NCBI RefSeq assembly: GCF_000172995.2
Contig: NC_014729.1
Span: forward strand, 1,650,001 to 1,682,000
Origin: Halogeometricum borinquense DSM 11551
GTDB taxonomy: Archaea > Halobacteriota > Halobacteria > Halobacteriales > Haloferacaceae
Direction of reading: 5' to 3'
DNA: 32,000 bases
Below are positions 28,055 to 32,000 of this stretch, piece after piece. A program made the position numbers and the translations under genes. The notes under the pieces were generated by a model, which ran no database searches, was not told the origin of the DNA, and was given only the letters and a program-made list of their open reading frames with translations. Position 1 is the first letter of the stretch, and each line of letters opens with the position of its first letter.

Positions 28055-28381
28055 TCAGTCGTCGTCTGCAGCGGCTGCAGCGGACGCAGCGTCCTCTTCG
28101 ATGCTCGGTGGGTAGACGCCCCGTTTCAGCTTGAGGTCGCTCTGCGGACGTGCCATGCACGTCAGCGCATATTCTTCGCGCTCTTCCTCAGTGAGGCCGC
28201 GAGCGGCGGGCTGGACGACGTCACCCTCCAGAATCTCTGCGGAACACGCCAGACACATGCCGACTCGGCAGGAGTACTCCTGTGCGATGCCCTCTTCGAT
28301 ACAGGCCTTGAGAATCGTCTGTTTGTCGGAGACCTGAATCGACTCGCCCGTCCCGACGAACTCGACGGTGTACTCAGTCAT
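28055..28381 (-). CDS. Plant-type [2Fe-2S] ferredoxin
   Basis: CRVGMCLAC (C-x4-C-x2-C) plus a distal LTC. ATG 28381. A TATA (ctataaag on the minus strand) lies at 28414-20. Confidence 0.9.
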   Translation of the reverse strand: MTEYTVEFVGTGESIQVSDKQTILKACIEEGIAQEYSCRVGMCLACSAEILEGDVVQPAARGLTEEEREEYALTCMARPQSDLKLKRGVYPPSIEEDAASAAAAADDD

Positions 28382-28435
28382 AGCATGCGATTTGCGGGAC
28401 CGCGCCAAAACTCTTTATAGAGCGATTCGGTCGGC

Positions 28436-28442
28436 AAAAAAA
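28436..28442 (-). terminator. T7 tract downstream of the PhoX-like gene
   Basis: A7 on the plus strand, equal to T7 on the minus strand, lies 72 nt after the stop at 28514. Confidence 0.45.
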
Positions 28443-28513
28443 GGTCGGGATTAGGGGGAACGTCGGGCGCGTGGTGAGCGATTCGGAGGCTTGAGTTCGC
28501 TGCTATCGCCGTT

Positions 28514-30580
28514 TTACTCGCTGTTTCCGGGATTCCCTTCGTCGTCGCCGTCAGCGTCGTTTCCGTGACCGTTGTTTCTGTCGCCGTCACCGATTGCCCC
28601 CAACTCGTCGGGCGTGTAGAGATACATGCAGTCGTTCGGATACGACCGGCCGAATTTGTCGGCGTCCTCACAGCAGAGGACGCGCCCATCGTCCATCACG
28701 AACACGTTGTCGATGTTGAGTACGGAGTCGTTCGCCACGTCCGCCGGGTCGCTGGCGTCGGAGCCGACGATAACGGGTTCGAGCGTCGAGATGTTGTAGT
28801 CCGCCTCGATTTCGGCGCGGTAAACGAGGCCACCGTCAACGCGGTCCATCCGCAGGTCGCCGTGCTGGTCGCTCATCCCGCCGTTGAGTTCGGAGATGCC
28901 GAGATAGATGTAATCGCCGGGTTGTGCGTCTTCGACGCTGTCGATCCCTTCGCTCTTGCGGAACTCGACCGTCGCGCCGATTGCCTTCGCGGCGGCGCGA
29001 GTTTCGAGGAACGGTACCTTGCGCAGGCTCTCGTCGTCAACGACGGCGTTGGGGTCGTCGGTCCATTTGTTTGCCCACGCCTGAATCTCCTCGTCGGTGA
29101 TGAAGTCCTGATTGCCGTTCTTTGCGACCGCTTTGTCGGCTTCCGCGAGTGCCGCCTCGAAGTCCTCTTGCCAGTCCGTCTCGGCATGGGTTTCGAGGTA
29201 GTCAACCTGCGTGACGTCGTCGTACTCGGCTATCCACGAGGCGACTTCTCGGTTGGTCGCGTGACTCAACGGCAACCAATCGAGTTCGAGATCGACGTTT
29301 GCGGGCGGTTTGTTCTTTGCGGCGTCCTCGTTGGTCACTTTCGCCGCGTAGAGCGTTCCCGCCACGTCCATCGGATCGTCGTAACTCGGGATGGGTTCGT
29401 CGGCGACGAACTTGTACAGCCCTTTGGTGTCGCCGTCGGAGGTGAGATACACCGTCTTCTCGTCGGACTGCACGTCCGGCGCTTCCCACGCCGCGCGGCC
29501 GAAGACGTAGTATTTGACCGGTTTCGGTTCCGCCCACTCGGGTTTGCGGAAGTCTACGATGTAGCCCGTGCGGTAGACGTTCGGATACGTGTCTCCGATG
29601 GGTGTCTCGTCGCCCACGGGGTCTGCGCCGAGGTAGTACGCGTGGAGTTCGAGTCCGGCGAGGGCGAACGCGCCCTGCGGATAGACGCCGTCGTTGTACT
29701 CGTCGTACCACTCCGAGGAGCCGACTTCGGTGGGGTTCGGTCGGTTCCAGAACTGCGACGCGCCACGGTAGCCGACGCCGCTTCCGGCATCCATGATGTC
29801 ACTCGTCGTGGCAGTTCCGGCCAGACGCGGGTGTGCGTACTCCTCTTCGGCCGATAGCGGCGTCCCCCACGGACTCCGGTCGCCGTAGCAGTTGATGCGC
29901 GTGCCACCGAGTTCACGCATCGCCTCGGTGTTGGCGAGGTTCGTCGTGTTCTCTCGGTCCGCAGTCCATCCGCCATCTTCATCCTGTTCGATGGGCATCC
30001 GCGTAACGTTACCCGGACTCGCCTCGAAGTTCGTGAACAGAACGCCCTTTGTCCCGTCCTCGTTTGTCGGAACGAACTGGTTCATGTCCGGCGTGTAGCC
30101 GAAATCGGAGTACCGAGTGCCGTCGAACTGCGAGATATTGACTCCGTCTGGCGTCGTCGGAATCCCGAGGTCTTCGTCGTCTCCGATGTTGTCGCCCTCC
30201 TGTGCGAGGAGGACGTACTCGCCGTTGCCGACGCGAACTTTCGACTGCTTTTCTTTCGTGTTCGGAATACCAATCTCCTGTACGTCGTCGTCGTCCCCGA
30301 ATGAGAATCCCTTCACGTAGCCGATTCCGCCGGTGTTGAACGGTGCCGGATTCTGTCTGCTCGGATGTTGGAGACTGAAGATGAGAGTGCCGCTTTGCGT
30401 GACGAACGGCCCGGTCACCTCGGCACCGAACGCCGTCGTCGCAAACCGCGTCAGTTCGCCCTTCACCATCGGTGCGTGCGGCGTGTCGCCGTCTTCCGCC
30501 GCCGCCGTTCCAGCAACGCTTGCCCCGAGTGCCGCAGCCACTGATGTCGCCATCAGTTTCCGTCGAGTGAATTCGACCAT
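28514..30580 (-). CDS. phoX: Tat-secreted PhoX-family (DUF839) alkaline phosphatase-like protein
   Basis: Twin-arginine signal MVEFTRRKLMATSVAAALGASVAGTAAA. The INCYGDRSPWGTPLSAEEEY block resembles the PhoX NC.GG.TPWGT.L.CEE block. 688 aa with an acidic C-terminal tail. The AT-rich promoter includes ttataaaa on the minus strand near 30610-30620. Confidence 0.75.
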   Translation of the reverse strand: MVEFTRRKLMATSVAAALGASVAGTAAAEDGDTPHAPMVKGELTRFATTAFGAEVTGPFVTQSGTLIFSLQHPSRQNPAPFNTGGIGYVKGFSFGDDDDVQEIGIPNTKEKQSKVRVGNGEYVLLAQEGDNIGDDEDLGIPTTPDGVNISQFDGTRYSDFGYTPDMNQFVPTNEDGTKGVLFTNFEASPGNVTRMPIEQDEDGGWTADRENTTNLANTEAMRELGGTRINCYGDRSPWGTPLSAEEEYAHPRLAGTATTSDIMDAGSGVGYRGASQFWNRPNPTEVGSSEWYDEYNDGVYPQGAFALAGLELHAYYLGADPVGDETPIGDTYPNVYRTGYIVDFRKPEWAEPKPVKYYVFGRAAWEAPDVQSDEKTVYLTSDGDTKGLYKFVADEPIPSYDDPMDVAGTLYAAKVTNEDAAKNKPPANVDLELDWLPLSHATNREVASWIAEYDDVTQVDYLETHAETDWQEDFEAALAEADKAVAKNGNQDFITDEEIQAWANKWTDDPNAVVDDESLRKVPFLETRAAAKAIGATVEFRKSEGIDSVEDAQPGDYIYLGISELNGGMSDQHGDLRMDRVDGGLVYRAEIEADYNISTLEPVIVGSDASDPADVANDSVLNIDNVFVMDDGRVLCCEDADKFGRSYPNDCMYLYTPDELGAIGDGDRNNGHGNDADGDDEGNPGNSE

Positions 30581-30750
30581 ACGGGGCGACAGACGACAGG
30601 ACTGTTAAAATAATTTTATAATGCTTTGACGTAAATAGTGTGTGAAAACAGTACTCTATAGTGCTAAACATAGATTAATTTCTCAAAATATGCGGTATTG
30701 ATTTAGATATGTCTATACCTATGTGTCCCCAAATGGGTGGATGCGTTCGA

Positions 30751-30810
30751 CCTCTCTCACAGCCGACTGGTCTCTCTTACGGCCGCTGGGTCTCTCTCGC
30801 AGTCGCTCCG
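30751..30810. repeat. Three tandem imperfect 20-nt repeats (consensus about TCTCTCTCACAGCCGCTGGG)
   Basis: Units at 30751-70, 30771-90 and 30791-810. Neighbouring units match at 14/20 positions when compared base by base. Confidence 0.7.
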
Positions 30811-30832
30811 ACGCCGTTACGCGGAGGCGATG

Positions 30833-31276
30833 TCACTCCAGCCCAGCATCACGCGCACCGGCACGAATTTCCGTTCCGCGCTGACGAACCCACTCTACGT
30901 ACGTCTCGATTCGCTCCCGTTTCACGCCGAAGAACGACGCGACCCAGTCCGTGTCGATGCCGGGGCGGGTGAGAAAGTAGGCCGCGAGCGTGTCTCGACC
31001 AGCTTGAATGATCTCAGGTGGCACGCCTCGGTCCCCTGTTCCGGCTTCGTCGAATCCGTTCACATCGAAGTACACGTCAGCGTACAACTCTGCGAGTTCC
31101 GGGTCCTCGAACACTGCTCCGACGTGGTGCGGAGCCTCGAACCGGTATCTCGTCTCAGCGTCCCCGTCACGTACTGCTACGATTCGGACATCAAGAAGAT
31201 ACTCTCTGTGTACCGTTTCGCTCGCTTTTTCTGTCGAATCGGCGTCGCTGGATTGGGATTCGTCTGTTTGGGACAT
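30833..31276 (-). CDS. Conserved haloarchaeal hypothetical protein with a C-terminal HTH-like segment
   Basis: Acidic N-terminus MSQTDESQSSDADSTEK. The C-terminal DTDWVASFFGVKRERIETYVEWVRQRG looks like a helix-turn-helix. The overlapping plus-strand ORFs are S/R-rich shadows. Confidence 0.65.
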   Translation of the reverse strand: MSQTDESQSSDADSTEKASETVHREYLLDVRIVAVRDGDAETRYRFEAPHHVGAVFEDPELAELYADVYFDVNGFDEAGTGDRGVPPEIIQAGRDTLAAYFLTRPGIDTDWVASFFGVKRERIETYVEWVRQRGTEIRAGARDAGLE

Positions 31277-31297
31277 GCGTTGTGGCACTCCGCAGTC

Positions 31298-31331
31298 TCA
31301 CGGACGTTCGGCGTACGGAGAGCGTCCGTGA
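31298..31331. promoter_or_regulatory. Perfect 9-bp inverted repeat TCACGGACG-N16-CGTCCGTGA, 22 nt upstream of the HTH-like gene's ATG
   Basis: Read directly. A second tcacc-N6-ggtga repeat lies at 31351-31366. Confidence 0.45.
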
Positions 31332-31538
31332 CACAGCATAGATGACACCGTCACCCGGTTCGGTGATAAAACTGACTCTAGTATGACATATTTTTGGCCA
31401 CTGTGTCCTATATAGACGCTCTGTACACACTGGCAAAGGGAATACTGGTGAGCGAGGTCTCTCTCCGTCCGACAGTTCGTGTCTTACTGGCAGAAAATAT
31501 CCGGTCCGTCGTCGTGACGGCGCAGTCGAGAGCGGACT

Positions 31539-31973
31539 TCACGCTTCTTCGTGGGACCGGACGGTGAGGACGGGGACATCCGAACTGCGAACGATTTTCT
31601 CAGTGACGCTCCCGAGGAGGTACCGGTCCAGTCCGCTCCGGCCGTGCGTTCCCATCACGACGAGATCACAGTCATTCTCCTCGGTGTAATTGAGGATATC
31701 TCTGTGTGCCGTTCCGTTCTGAACGCTCGTCGTTACCTCGACACCCGCGTCGTCGGCGGCCGACACCACTTGCTCGACGGCCTTTTCACCTTCCCCTCTG
31801 AGTGCTTCAGCGACGATGTTCGATCCCGCCTCCAGCGAGGAGTACGTCCCCGAATCGACGACGTAGAGCGCGTGGATGGTCGCGTCGTACTGTTTTGCGA
31901 TGTCGATTGCGTGTTTGATGGCTCCCTGGCTCGCTTTGCTCCCGTCTGTCGGCACAAGTATTCGTTCGTACAT
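31539..31973 (-). CDS. Universal stress protein (UspA family)
   Basis: MYERILVPTDGS... and VVMGTHGRSGLDRYLLGSVTEKIVRSSDVPVLTV are canonical Usp motifs. Confidence 0.9.
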   Translation of the reverse strand: MYERILVPTDGSKASQGAIKHAIDIAKQYDATIHALYVVDSGTYSSLEAGSNIVAEALRGEGEKAVEQVVSAADDAGVEVTTSVQNGTAHRDILNYTEENDCDLVVMGTHGRSGLDRYLLGSVTEKIVRSSDVPVLTVRSHEEA

Positions 31974-32000
31974 ACCAACTGCTACGGGCGGCAGCGATTA

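Noticed and set aside
30751-30810. Possible CRISPR array
   Set aside because: There are only three directly abutting 20-nt units with no spacers, no cas genes and imperfect identity. It is a tandem repeat, not a CRISPR array.
30709-31345. Plus-strand ORFs 30709..30972, 30737..31345, 31008..31331 and 31018..31341
   Set aside because: They are S/R-rich low-complexity translations running through the tandem repeat and antisense to the acidic HTH-like gene. They are shadow ORFs.
1-32000. Mobile elements, prophage or integrase remnants, toxin-antitoxin pairs, restriction-modification or other defence modules
   Set aside because: There are no transposase, integrase, nuclease or ATPase signatures, no terminal inverted repeats, and no compositional island larger than a promoter region. 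The small RHH-like proteins (6351..6563 and 20206..20355) have no adjacent toxin-like partner.

Overview
The window is a high-GC chromosomal segment from a haloarchaeon (class Halobacteria). The predicted proteins are strongly acidic, many promoters are leaderless TATA types, and long arginine-rich shadow ORFs lie antisense to the real genes. From memory, gene order matches the Haloferax volcanii aglJ / ilv-leu / glpR / fba / gnaD neighbourhood. Contents, left to right: (1) A protein-glycosylation cluster, 1-5929: a frameshifted sulfatase, a Wzx-type flippase, a GT4, a membrane GT2 and an AglJ-like GT2. (2) Six small or conserved haloarchaeal genes, 5926-9117. (3) A complete branched-chain amino-acid operon, 9.4-17.8 kb: leuA/cimA, a 380-nt spacer, then ilvB-ilvN-ilvC-orf94-leuC-leuD-leuB, joined mostly by ATGA-type start/stop overlaps. 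(4) glpR followed directly by a class II fructose-bisphosphate aldolase. (5) Small acidic proteins, a HAD hydrolase and an enolase-superfamily sugar-acid dehydratase. (6) A ferritin-like/MOSC gene pair divergent from a HemAT-type globin-coupled transducer. (7) A rhodanese-MBL fusion, a 2Fe-2S ferredoxin, a Tat-secreted PhoX-like phosphatase, an HTH-like protein and a UspA. I found no tRNA or rRNA genes, no CRISPR array, no transposase or integrase, and no recognisable defence genes. This reads as core genome rather than an accessory island, and I cannot support a novel multi-gene system here. The most unusual items are: a translationally coupled 94-codon ORF with an internal duplication inside the ilv-leu operon; a structured 380-nt spacer with a hairpin that sequesters the ilvB Shine-Dalgarno and an overlapping uORF; the missing pfkB/PTS module between glpR and fba; two homopolymer-associated frameshift candidates; and several phased repeats and palindromes in intergenic regions. 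All product calls rest on motif and family recognition by eye, with no database search.
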